From assembly GCA_000442015.1 (NCBI GenBank), contig KE560959.1, positions 186,001-250,000 of the forward strand: 64,000 bases of DNA, in the 5' to 3' direction. Of the stretch, positions 37,920 to 49,985 are shown one piece after another. The position numbers and the translations under genes are program-made. The first letter of the stretch is position 1. The number at the start of each line of letters is the position of its first letter. The stretch is from Rozella allomycis CSF55. Its lineage: Eukaryota. Below the pieces are notes generated by a model. It had not been told where the DNA came from. It did not search any database and was given only the letters and a program-made list of their open reading frames with translations.

Positions 37920-40900
37920 ATGTCTATACCATTAAAAGAGTTTAAAAGCAAAAATTCGGATGCCGAGGATTTACCAATGTTAAATAGCCTTTCATCTCTA
38001 ACGTCTTCAAATTTTGATCAGCCAAAAAACAATGGGTTTAGATACAAGTTTAGACAATTTTTTAAACGCAAAAAGAAAGAAAAATTTAGAGAAAGGACAT
38101 TCAAGTTAAACGGTAGCGTATTTTATAAACGTTAAAAGGGTCTGTGACATTTGACAAGTTTTCACCCAATATAATAAGAAACCAGAAGTATACAATCTTC
38201 AATTTTATGTTCTTGATATTATTTGAACAAGTAAGAGTTTAAACGTAGATGTAAAAGTTTCGATTCTTTCTTAACACGTATTTCTTGCTGATTGCATTAT
38301 CACAGCTGATTCCTATGTTGAAAATGGGTATAAATATATGTAAAGTTTGTTTAAGGTTACCTTGTAACATATTTCGGGCCTCTTGGATTTGTGTTAACGA
38401 TAACTATTTGCAAAGAAGCATTTGATGATTATCAGCGGTATAAAATAGACAAGGAAAATAATTCACAAAAATATGAAAAGCTTACGTTAAATGGTACCGT
38501 TACGATTCCCAGTTCTGAGATTAAAGTTGGAGACTTGATTTTGGTGCATAGGAATCAAAGGGTTCCAGCGGACATGATATTAATGAGAACGACTGAAAAA
38601 TCTGGGACATGTTTTATCCGAACTGATCAATTAGATGGTGAAACAGATTGGAAACTGCGGATAGCAGTTCCTACATTTCAAAGGTTAGGGGACAATAGAG
38701 ATATATATTCGTATGATGCGAGTGTATATGGTAATAGGAGTTACGTTACATTAATATAGCGGAAAAGCCCCATAAGAATATTTATAGTTTCGTTGGCACA
38801 ATTTCGTATGAAAGAAACGTAAGGATTTAAAATGGGTTTAAAATCAGGGGATGACAGAGACAGAGCCTTTGAATGCAGAGAACATGATATGGGCGAATAC
38901 TGTAGTTGCGTCAGGTGTTGCTTGTGGGTGCGTTGTTTATACAGGCCAAGACATGCGGGCGATAATGAATACAAATAGACCATCAACAAAAAGAGGGAAA
39001 ATAGATTTAGAGTTGAATAATTTATCGAAATTTCTGTGCATTTTTAGTCTTTTTATTTCATTTATTCTTGTGGCGTTGAAAGGGTTTGTATCATCGTGGC
39101 TGATTGACACTTTTAGATTTTTGATCTTATTTTCATACATCATACCAATTAGTTTACGCGTGACATTGGATATTGTCCGATTGTATTATTCTAAATGTAT
39201 TGAAAAAGATCTAGACATACTTGGAACAAAAGTCAGATCTGGAAATCTACCCGAGGAGCTGGGAAGAATTGAGTATTTATTGACTGACAAAACAGGCACT
39301 TTGACAAAGAACGGTAATTGAATACTTTGTTGCTAATGAAAGAAATGGAACTAAAGAAGCTTCACATGGGTACAATATCATTTGGAAATGAATCCATCAA
39401 TGAAGTAGCGAATCATTTAGATTCTGCATATTTTTTCATATTGTGTAATTTAGTTTTTCTTGTTTTAGTAGCGAATAAAGGTGATAACAGAATGAGACAC
39501 AAGAAGCGAGATATTTCAACGAGAACAAAAGATCTCGTTCAAGCTCTAGCTTTGTGTCACAACGTTACTCCAATCATTGAAGATGGCATTCTTTCTTCGT
39601 ATCAAGCGTCATCGCCTGATGAAATCGCAATTGTGAACTGGACTCAAAAGGTTGGCCTCACGTTGTGCTACAGAGATATTCACTCTATACACATTAGATT
39701 ATCCAACAATCAAATACTGGAATACGAAGTTCTCTACATTTTCCCTTTTACTTCGGAATCAAAAAGAATGGGGATCATAGTGCGCGAAAGGCTTACAGGG
39801 GATATTTATTTTTATCAAAAAGGAGCAGATTCGGTAATGACAAAAATTGTTCAGTACAACGATTGGTATTCACTAAATTCATTTGTTTTTAGGCTGGATG
39901 AGGAGTGTGGAAATATGGCTAGAGAAGGCCTTCGAACATTGGTCATCGCTAGGAAGAAACTCTCGGGTGAAGCCTTTGAAGAGTTTGAGCAGGCGTATCA
40001 AAACGCTCGCATTAGCAAACAATCCAGAAATGAACTAATGCAACAAGTTGTTTCAAATATGCTAGAATTCGATTTAGAACTTTTGGGACTTACAGGGGTT
40101 GAAGACAGGTTACAAGATGACGTCAGAATCACTTTGGAATTACTCAGAAACGCAGGAATTAAAATATGGATGTTAACAGGCGACAAAATTGAAACTGCAA
40201 CAAACATTGCTGTATCAACAAAACTTGTCTCCAGGTCTCAATCCTTTCATATTGTTTCAAAAAGTAGTTTAAATGTTTTATTTATTCTAGTTAATTCAAC
40301 ATTTGAGGCGCAAGAAGCCATAGACAGTCTTAGACAACGCCTTGACCATTGCCTAGTCATCGACGGCCAATCTCTTCAAGTAAGTTTTATTAATTATCTT
40401 TACAGTTTTTCATAGATCATTTTTCTGATGTTTTTATGGAATATTCAACCAGAATGACAGCCGTCGTTTGTTGCAGATGCAGTCCAACACAAAAAGCTGC
40501 AATTGCAAAATTAATAATTAAACACACAAATAAGAGAGTATGCTGCATAGGCGACGGTGGAAACGATGTGTCGATGATTCAAGCTGGGCATGTAGGCGTG
40601 GGCATTGAAGGCAAAGAAGGAAGGCAGGCATCATTGGCTGCTGATTTCAGCGTTCAACAATTCAGCGTTTTAACTAAACTTTTACTTTGGCATGGTCGCA
40701 ATAGCTACAAACGATCATCCAAAGTAAGCCAATTTATCATTCATAGAGGCCTTGTTATTTCGATTATGCAGGCAGTCTTTTCTGCAATCTTCTATTTCGC
40801 TCCTATCGCATTATTTAGAGATATGCTGGCTGTAGGCTACTCAACTTATTACACATCCCTACCAATAATGTCCTTGATGCTGGACCACGACGTCACTCAG

Positions 40901-41374
40901 GAAATTGCTTTAATGTATCCAGAACTCTACAAGGATCTCACAAAAGGCCGCTCATTAACACTAAAAACATTTTTAATTTGGCTTCTTATCAGCGTATTCC
41001 AAGGCGGATCCATCATGGCAGTCACAATACTTCTATTTTCATCACAATTCCTTCATGTTATCTCAATATCTTTCACAGCGCTAATTTTAAACGAACTTTT
41101 AATGGTTATTTTGGAAATACAGACATGGCATAGAGCTATGCTTATATCTGAACTTTTGTCTCTAATATTTTATTTCACATCAGTCCTGATGGTTAAAACA
41201 GACATTAGTAACTTTAATTAATTCTTTATATCGTTAGATGTACATTTCTTACTTTCTTTAGATTGTTTATGGAAAGTATGTGCTATCACAGCAATTAGCT
41301 GCATCCCTTTGTTTCTATTTAAATACATTAAACGATTACTCGCACCTCCAAGCTACGCCAAGTTATCTCAATAA
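37920..41374 (+). CDS. NEO1: Neo1/ATP9 P4-ATPase
   Basis: [52 protein letters not shown]; ends PPSYAKL. Confidence 0.96.
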
Positions 41375-41454
41375 AAGGTTTTGTTTTTAACGATAGATTA
41401 ACCACTATGAATTTTTAAAAATTTGCTGTGTTATAAAGAATTTTCAGAAATTCC

Positions 41455-44400
41455 ATGAGCGACATCATAATTTTATCTTCCGATGGAGAAGAGCAAGATG
41501 TTATAAGATTGGATAGTTCACCTATTATGGTTTCAACTTCTTTGATTAACCAAACCGAAATGCCTCCATTATCGTTACCAAGAGTTAAAAGTCCACAAAG
41601 AAAGAGAGCAAGAGAAGAACTTATAGAGCTGAATAGTGACACCGAAGAAGAGAGCCCTGTGATATTACCTGCAGAAAATACACAGTGTTTCTGGATAGCT
41701 AGAATTTTAGGGAGCACTTATTCAAAACCTGAAGAAAAGGCTCTAGTGTACATTGATTGCACATCTACCCAGTACAGAGTGCATGACTCGGGAACCAACG
41801 TAATATTTTTCAGTATGTTTATTAGAACGTTTATGGTGTTCTTGACAAATCGTCATCGAAATTATTAGCAAACCTGATAAAGGTTGGATTACTTAATGCG
41901 ATAAGACTAAAGGGAAGAATACATAAAGTATATGTCGAGGTAAATAATTCCAAGAGCCTAAACTAGAAAAACAAAGTTATTTTTACATCAGATTTGATTA
42001 TAACTATTCCTTGCTTGATAAAAGACATATTAGCCATTGAAAACAATCTGAATTCCTATGGAAGGTTTTTTCCCGGTCCCAATGCACTAGAACTATATGA
42101 AAGGGGATTGCAACAGAAAGCGGAAATCGAATATGATAAAATTCTAAATAGTACTATGATCTAGTTTGGAATATAGGTATAAAATTAGATGATCGCTTTT
42201 CTATTCCTACAAAAAGGGCAGATTTTATAGTGCCAGACTCACAGACAGAGCAGATGAGGTCTCTTCAAGATGTGTTTTCAAAAGCAAGAAATGGCGTTAA
42301 TTTGATTCCACGTAATGTTGACACCTCAAAAATTGACATTCGAAGTTATCATAAAAAGTCGCCAGATGCTTCTGGAAATGTTCAGGATCACTTTGACTCT
42401 ATCATGCAAGATATGTCACATGCTCTAAAGTTTCCAGAACTAATTGAGGATCCTTTAATAAAGACAAAGCTTTTAAAACATCAAAGGCAGGGATTGTTTT
42501 GGCTGCGGCAGCGAGAAAAAGACTTTGTGCACGTTGAAAATGAAGATTCCTTAATTCCAACGTATTGGCGTAAAGTGTTTGAAGGATTCACTGGATACAA
42601 AAATTTGATAACAGAAAAAGTGATGAAAACTCCTGATATATTCAAGGGCGGAATATTGGCAGACGATGTAATGCACATTTTATTGAATTTTAAAGATGGG
42701 ATTAGGAAAGACGCTTTCTATAATATCATTAATTGTTTCTTCATTGTCTGAGGCTAAAACTGAGGTCAATAAAATAAACTCTACTAAGCCTCCATTCAAA
42801 AGAATAACGACCGGTGCACCTTTCTTTCCTGTTGGTTCCAAATTGTCTTTGAAAGTTATACAGGGTCACCCTATTTCCTTTTTTCCAAGACGACTATCAT
42901 TCGGCACTTTGATTGTATGCCCTTTATCCTTGTTGTCCAATTGGGAAAGTCAAATAGATCAACATACAGTGAATGGAACACTTAAATACATTATTTATCA
43001 TGGCAAAGCGAGGAAATTATCAGTTTCTGATTTACTTGCGTACGATGTTGTAATCACCACATTCCACGTGGTGGCTAATGAACTAAACAAGGCGGTAAAT
43101 TCTGGATGCACAGCTTATGGCGATTACGAATACGTTTGTCCTCTGCATTTGATAAGATGGTATAGAATAGTACTAGTAAAATGTTATTCTGACGATTAAG
43201 TAAGGATGAAGCTCACAATATCAAGCAGCCGAATTCCTTGATGGCTAGAGCTTGTACCAATTTGTCAGGCGAGAGGAGATGGTGCTTGACAGGAACACCT
43301 CTTCAAAATAGACTGTCTGATCTCTATTCCTTGGTGAGATTTATGAAAGTTTATCCGCTTGTTGAAAAGGAGCAATTTGCGCGCCACTTTGGAAGTGACA
43401 CGAGAATAGCAAATATACAAAAGCTACAAGTATTACTTTGTTTTTTTCAATAAAGACTTTTATCAAGAGTATTGTATTGCGCCGAATGAAAGATCAACTG
43501 ATTGATGGGAAGCCTATTATATCTTTACCTCCCAAAAAGGATCACATTATAGCGGTAACATTGGATGAAGAAGAGGCAAGTCTTTACGACCAGGCTTTTG
43601 CAGCCACACGAAAGGAGTTTGATAAGATTATTAAAGATGCCACGATTGTAATTTGATTCTTAATTTAATAGTAGAAAAATAAATATGTTCATATTTTTGA
43701 ACTATTGTTGCGGTTGCGACAACTGTGTACCCACTATGCCATGTGCATAAAATGGCTATTGAAGATTCTGCCCAACCACCCCCTGGTCAAGCAATACTCT
43801 AAATTTGAATTTGAGGAAGAAGATGACACTTGCTTTGTATGCCTTGGATCAGCTATAGATCCAAAGAGAATTAAATCGTGTGGTCATATATTTTGCGAGT
43901 CTTGCATTCAAAATGAAGGATCCAATAAGTGCCCAATTTGTAAGATAGAGTTTAAGAGTGAAGCTTTATTGCCGGTGAAGACGAAGGAATATTTTCCTAA
44001 AGATTATTTAAAGCGTGTTTCCCTTTTGTCGCCATCATCGAAAACAAGAGCGATTGTATCTGATTTGAAGAAGGTGACGGGAGAGAAAACTATTATATTT
44101 TCTCAATGGACGAGTTACTTGAGTCTTCTTGAATATCAACTGTTGGAGGCTAAAATAAAGTTCATTCGCTTTGATGGATCCTTGAGTCGTGAAGACAGGG
44201 AAATTGCCATTGACAAATTTAATCGCGATTCTTCCATCAAAGTATTTCTAATTTCGTTAAGAGCTGGTGGGGTAGGATTGAACCTTACTTCAGCTTCCCG
44301 TGTGTACATAATGGACCCCTGGTGGAATCCAAGCGTTGAAGATCAAGCGATAGATCGCGTATATAGAATTGGACAGAAAAAACCCGTCAATACATTTCGT

Positions 44401-44565
44401 TATGTAATTAAAGATTCCATAGAGGAAAAGCTTTTGGAAATACAAAAAAATAAAGCCGAACTTGCTGCTCAAACCCTAATGGATAAGAAATCTACTAGAG
44501 ACAACCTCGAAGTTAAAGGAAGCTGGGGAATAAACCTTAAAGACTTGAAAGCTTTGATGTCTTGA
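41455..44565 (+). CDS. SNF2-family RING-finger helicase (Rad5/HLTF/Uls1-like)
   Basis: GGILADDMGLGKT, LDEAH, LTGTPLQN, C3HC4 RING, FSQWT, DPWWNPSVEDQAIDRVYRIGQ. Confidence 0.93.
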
Positions 44566-44586
44566 ATAAAACTTAAATTTAAATTC

Positions 44587-44663
44587 TTTATTATTTCATC
44601 TCTCACTGTAAAGTTTAAAAATGTTTATTATTTCATCCCGTTTAAAAATGTTTATTATTTCAT
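44587..44663 (-). repeat. Short tandem repeat of the TPX2 stop/poly(A) cassette
   Basis: ATGAAATAATAAA occurs 3 times on the minus strand; two copies extend to 24 identical nt. Confidence 0.7.
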
Positions 44664-46509
44664 GGCACTCTTCTTTATCGATGGAGATTTTGGCTCCGTA
44701 AGAACTTTGGATGACGGTTTAATTTTAATTTGACTATACTTTCTAATTGGTTGGGCTTTATGCACTAATTTCTTCCGCATTTCTCTAACTTGTTCTTCCT
44801 CCATTTTCTAATGCGAATTTCTAAAGTTATTTACTTGCATCTCTATTTCTTTTTCTTTCTGCATTTGCTCCTCTTGTTGTTTAACTTGCTTGACATGATC
44901 GTCAAACAGTCTTCGTTCCTGACATCTCACCTCTGTTTGTAACAATATGTCCTCCGCCTGCGTCAATGGTTTAGTGGACTTTTTTGGAATGAAAACTGTA
45001 TCTGGGGGAAGTGGATTCGCCTTGAATTGATACTCGTCATGGCCATCTTCCAAAACTTGCTCCTTTCGCCTTACACTGTCACTCAACGAAAATGGAACTG
45101 GAATGGTAGGACTCTTTTTCGCTACTTTAGGCAGTAACTGTCATTAAATACCAACAGTTATATTACCCCTGGCTCTAAAGGAGGGAGTGGCTGTGCTTTA
45201 AACTCCGATAGTTTTCTCTCCTCTTCCTTTTGTTGCTCAATAAGTCTCTTAAATTTTTCCTTCTTTTGCATCATTATAAAATCACCGGGAAGAGTGCCAT
45301 CAAATGAGTGCGCCCTCTTTCTCTTCTTCTTTGGAACCATGTCGTCGCATTTTGCTTCCTTTACTATTTTGGTTATCGCAGGTGATTTTGGCTCTGTTAA
45401 GGGTATTTGTTTCTTTGCAGGAACTCCGACAATCCTTTCAAAGATCTCTACAGGTACAGGGTTGGCCTTGAACTCGGAAAGGTTCTCTTTTGACACGTTC
45501 TCTTTCTCGTGATGCATTTTCAATCTCTCATCAGTCGCAAACTTAATATCCTATACATCAATAAAAGAAAACATACCATCGCTTCTGTAGGCTTGCATTT
45601 CTTGATTTTAGGTACACCGTAATCACCGGCACTGTTTAGCACCCTCGGATCAACAGGATTTGCCTTGAACGGCTTAATACTTTGTATTATTTCTTCCTCC
45701 AGCTCTGAGCTGCTTTTAACACTCATATTATTACAGATTTTCTTTTACTTTGAAATTGGCTTAATCCTTGATTTGGTCAAAAGCAAGGGACTCTTTGGCA
45801 CTGTCAAATCTTGACCATTATTTTTCACAGTAGTCGTCCAATTTTTCCTTAATGTCCTATCAATTTGATCGTCAAATTCTTTTTTCAAACGTTCTGCGAG
45901 AGGCACATAGGGTGAATTCATAGGCTGAGGCTTGGGTTTGCCCGCCAAGTTTAATCGAAACGGTTTTGGACTAGTAACTTTCGCTTTCTTTTTTTCAGGC
46001 TTCATCTTTTCTAAACCAACTTTAATGGATTTTCTAGGTCGCAATGTCATTCTATGACGAGTGCGGTTACGTGTCGCAAGAATAAAGTTGAACTCCTGAG
46101 GAACAGTTAAAGGCTTTGTTGATTTTAACGGCTTCGTTGATGTGTATTTGTTTGCATTTAAAAATTGATGCTCATCGCGATACTCTTTTAGAGTTGCCTT
46201 TTCATCGCAATTATTTTCACCTTCTTTATTATCTGTTATTTGGAAATTAGCTCCTGGCGAATATAAGCTGATTCTTCTACTAGATCGTTTTAGGCGTTTG
46301 AATGGATTAGGGGTTTCTTCTCTACTGATATTTTGGCTCGCGTCAAAAAACAAATCGTCGTCCTCTGCTATAAAACCATTTTGTGAAAATATATTACAAA
46401 TATTTTCGTCAAGTTCAGTTTGTCGTGACAATTTAGACTTTTCTGCTACGAGGCTATTTAATACGTAAAAAGATAAGTACTTGTTGGGTTTTTGCACATT
46501 GAAGGACAT
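44655..46509 (-). CDS. TPX2: TPX2 microtubule/spindle assembly factor
   Basis: Repeated FKANP/FKAQP and LTxPKSP motifs; C-terminus EMRKKLVHKAQPIRKY...LTEPKSP. Confidence 0.85.
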
Positions 46510-46529
46510 TCAAAACTGCGCGCCAAAAA
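46509..46529 (-). promoter_or_regulatory. E2F/CDE site + 4-nt spacer + CHR element at the TPX2 start
   Basis: Minus strand TTTTTGGCGCG-CAGT-TTTGAA, whose last A is the A of the ATG. Confidence 0.55.
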
Positions 46530-46704
46530 TTTAGGAATTTTGAGAATTTTAACACTTACTTGTCTATTTTACTCATAAGATCAAATTAAGACGGTTGACG
46601 CATATTAAACAATGAGATAAGTTATCGCCGNAATATTTTCGTAACTTATTTTAAAGTCTCTGAAATTTTAATATCTCGCCTCTCGGATCTAAGTGATTTC
46701 TGAA

Positions 46705-48210
46705 ATGTCTGATTTCGACCATCTGCCAGTTTTATTAGCAACTTTATTTCCTGAAGAAAAGGAGCTTGCGATTCAGATAGAAACTTGCATATCTAAGTAT
46801 GAGCGCCATCCACCCTCGCTCTCAAGGTCGATATCGGCAATTTTGCTTTCACCGCCTGATTATGACAAATTTCATGCTGTGATAGGATCTGAACAACTTA
46901 AAAATCTAATAAAAATGGATATAGAAATGAGAGAGAAAAGCCGAGAACTATTTCTTCCATTTAAACGGCAAATGGACAATACTATAAAAAGGTATCACGA
47001 ATTTTTAAAATAGATTAGTTACATCTTAGAAAACGAGAGAATAAAAATTTTAAACTCTAGTTGGGCGCTTCCTTTGGACCTTCAAAACAAAGAAGACATT
47101 GAATTGCTTTATGCACGATGGATTAGCCAAGCCGAAGATCTATGGCTTAAACAAAAATCCGAGTATTGGAAAAACGTTGAAAAATGGATATCAGGAAACT
47201 ATTCTCCTCATAATGAAGATAATCAAGACCGTAATGATGATTTTCAGAAAATTCATTCCATGGGATTTGATGACCACATGATTAAAATAGCATTGGATGA
47301 AGCTCAAGGCAATGTTAATGACGCGTTAGAAATACTTCTACGTACTCAACAAAAAGCAAGCAAAATTTCATTGGGGAGGTCCCTGTCATCAAAGATCACA
47401 AAGATATCTAAGAGAATTCTATTTAATAGTCCTAACACTGAATCTGAATTAATCAATTCAAATGGTCCGATTTCTGAAAGCTTTACAATCAGAATTGGGA
47501 CACACGTTAAGATTTTAATGAATCTTAGGCTACAAACTGGAAGCCTTACTGAAAATGATAAATCAGAAGATATATATGCAACAAGGTTGGAAACGCTAAC
47601 ACAACTATATTCTAATAAAATTCATGCCGCGATTTTATTCGTAAATGCGGAAAATGTGAAAACTTATCATCGGGGGTATTCTGAAAATCAGGAAATAATT
47701 TCTCAGTGTTTGGAATCAACAGAGCATCATTTTGATTCATTTGATAAGCAAATTCAAGCAGCTATTAAAATGCGTAAGGGAACTGATATTAAAGAGGGCG
47801 ATTTCTTCATCACACGCCATAGCAACTTGCCGAAAATTCATGTCTTGTTCCATTTAGTGACAAACTCAACCCAAGCAGTGGATTTAAATTCAAGATCTTT
47901 ACTTATTAGCAATTTAAAGTCAATTCTAAGAGTTTGCCATAGAAATGAAATCAATACCGTCTCGTTACCATTGCTTTGGGATCCATCAATCACAGATTAC
48001 AATTTTCAGTCATTTATAAAACGAGTTGACACTGTTATTAAGGGAATAAAATCTTATCTTACGGAGAATATAGTACAATTGAGAATTAACGCCGACAAAA
48101 ATAAGCAAACCACCGTGCATAATACCATCCATCTATTGTTACCAACCAAATACGCCCATTATTTTTCAGAAGTAAGGTCTTTAATACTTCAAACTTTCAA
48201 GACCCTTTAA
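46705..48210 (+). CDS. C12orf4/FERRY3 (DUF2362)-like protein with an internal UBA-like segment
   Basis: ESFTIRIG, GDFFITRHSNLPKIHVLFHLV; SMGFDDHMIKIALDEAQGNVNDALEILL. The start is uncertain (N at 46631). Confidence 0.75.
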
Positions 48211-48254
48211 CAATAAAATTCTCCGATTCATTTTGTTTTACTTTCAATTCTTAC

Positions 48255-48956
48255 ATGAAGGAAGAGGTTTTTCCGCTCATAGTTTTACCCACCGAGATTA
48301 TTTTAAATGTAGCAACATATTTGAATGCAATTGACTTATTTAGTCTTTCAAGAGTAAATTCGAAATTGTACATTGTGTTATCCGACAATGAAGTTTGGCG
48401 AAAAATTTGTCATAGAAGTAATATTAGCGTTAAAAATGTCATTAACCGTGAATTGGAAAATATTTCCCTATTTCCACATAGATGGGCCAATGTTCGACGT
48501 TTGTTCATGAGAAATTTTGACAGCTTATTTAATACAATACATATTAATATTGTTAAAGATAAATTAAATAAGAATGAAAACTCTCTTAGCTATTCTTTCT
48601 GTTGGAAGAATGTTTATCTCCTCAACAGGATTCAAAATGAAAGGATAACCAGAAATGAATTTATTTTTTCAGGAATCAAGTGGAACATCAAACTTGATTC
48701 AGAATTACTGTCTTGTCCTTTCTGCCATTCGATAATGGATATTCGTAACAAGATGTTCCCACAAAACTTTGTAAATGTGAATAATCATAATATACCTGAC
48801 ATATTAAATATATACAGGCCCATTAATCCGATAAAATTAATACCAGACTCATTGATTATAGTGCAACAAAAAAGGACGTGTACACAAACTCGATACACCG
48901 AAAATAAAGTTGATTATTGCTTTAGATGTAGAAACACATCTATGTGTATTCTGTAA
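48255..48956 (+). CDS. F-box protein
   Basis: LPTEIILNVATYLNAIDLFSLSRVNSKL...NEVWRKIC; C-terminal CPFC and CFRC pairs. Confidence 0.8.
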   Translation: MKEEVFPLIVLPTEIILNVATYLNAIDLFSLSRVNSKLYIVLSDNEVWRKICHRSNISVKNVINRELENISLFPHRWANVRRLFMRNFDSLFNTIHINIVKDKLNKNENSLSYSFCWKNVYLLNRIQNERITRNEFIFSGIKWNIKLDSELLSCPFCHSIMDIRNKMFPQNFVNVNNHNIPDILNIYRPINPIKLIPDSLIIVQQKRTCTQTRYTENKVDYCFRCRNTSMCIL

Positions 48957-49067
48957 ATAAATACTCTGGTTTTAACTTTCAAAACTTTCAAATCTTAAAT
49001 TTTGGATAATCTACCCTGGCAATTGTACAATAAAAGTCAGTTGTGGCGCGTTACCCCGAACCCTGAC

Positions 49068-49845
49068 ATGGCTTCTAAGCGATCAATGGCTTCCAAAAGA
49101 GGCGTTAAAAACCCTAAGAAACGAGTGGTTGATTTCGAACCCTCTTCATCAGGAAGTACAGGTGAGTGTTTCTATCAACAATAAATTAGACGATACAACG
49201 TTGGCTAGCAATCGCGAGTTTACTATTGATCAGCAAAGGTAAAAAATATTCTATATTAAAAATTGCGATGATTTAAATAACTTACTTGGTGCATTGCAGA
49301 GTCGTTTTCAAAAGAAAAAGAGTGAAATGCAAAAGACTATGGGCAATGAACTTGAAAAAACATTTTCTAATGCCATTTTATCTATTGAGAGACAGTGCCA
49401 AAACCAAGAGAAGACATTGTAAAAAATTAGTTACCCTTAAATGAAAGGGATGAACGTTTGGGCAATTTAAAAGATAAATTAACAGAGCTGGAAAAAGATA
49501 GAGAAAACCAGTTAATGTTACTCAAAGATGCCATTGACAATTTTAAAACGAGCAATGACAAAATGATAAAGGATTTGGAAGAAAATCAAAGTCATATCGT
49601 CGGGGCCATTAATGAATTTATAAAAGATGTGACTGACATAAGTAAGAGAATAAAAGTAACATAAGCTATGAAGAGAATTTTCAAAGAGAAGAATGCGATT
49701 TGATTAGAGAATCGATTGAAAAGGAGTTTACAACAACTATCAGACAGATAAGAAATAAGGCTAACGATAACCCTATGAGTACCATAAAGTAAAAATCACC
49801 TCAATTCTAAATAGAAAATCATTGAAAGCTATATTTGACTTTTGA
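49068..49845 (+). CDS. Coiled-coil protein, SYCP3/Cor1-like
   Basis: Basic N-terminus and long coiled coil ending EFIKDV...EKEFTTTIRQIRNKANDNPMSTIKKSLKAIFDF. Confidence 0.5.
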
Positions 49846-49985
49846 TGTGCTGGCATACATAAAATTCATTTTTATAAGTTTATTCACTATGTTGTATGAA
49901 TGTAACATTTATTTTATTCTCGCTTAAATTCTTAAATAATGTTCGTTGTGCATAGTTTTCTTTCATTTCGGAAAAATACAAGTTT

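Noticed and set aside
421-41374. Two P4-ATPases as a duplicated cluster
   Set aside because: They belong to different subfamilies (Neo1/ATP9 vs Dnf/ATP8-like) and lie over 30 kb apart.
49642-49673. Possible TG acceptor in a later intron of the SYCP3-like gene
   Set aside because: An in-frame AG 3 nt downstream gives an acceptable 32-nt intron, so the case is ambiguous.
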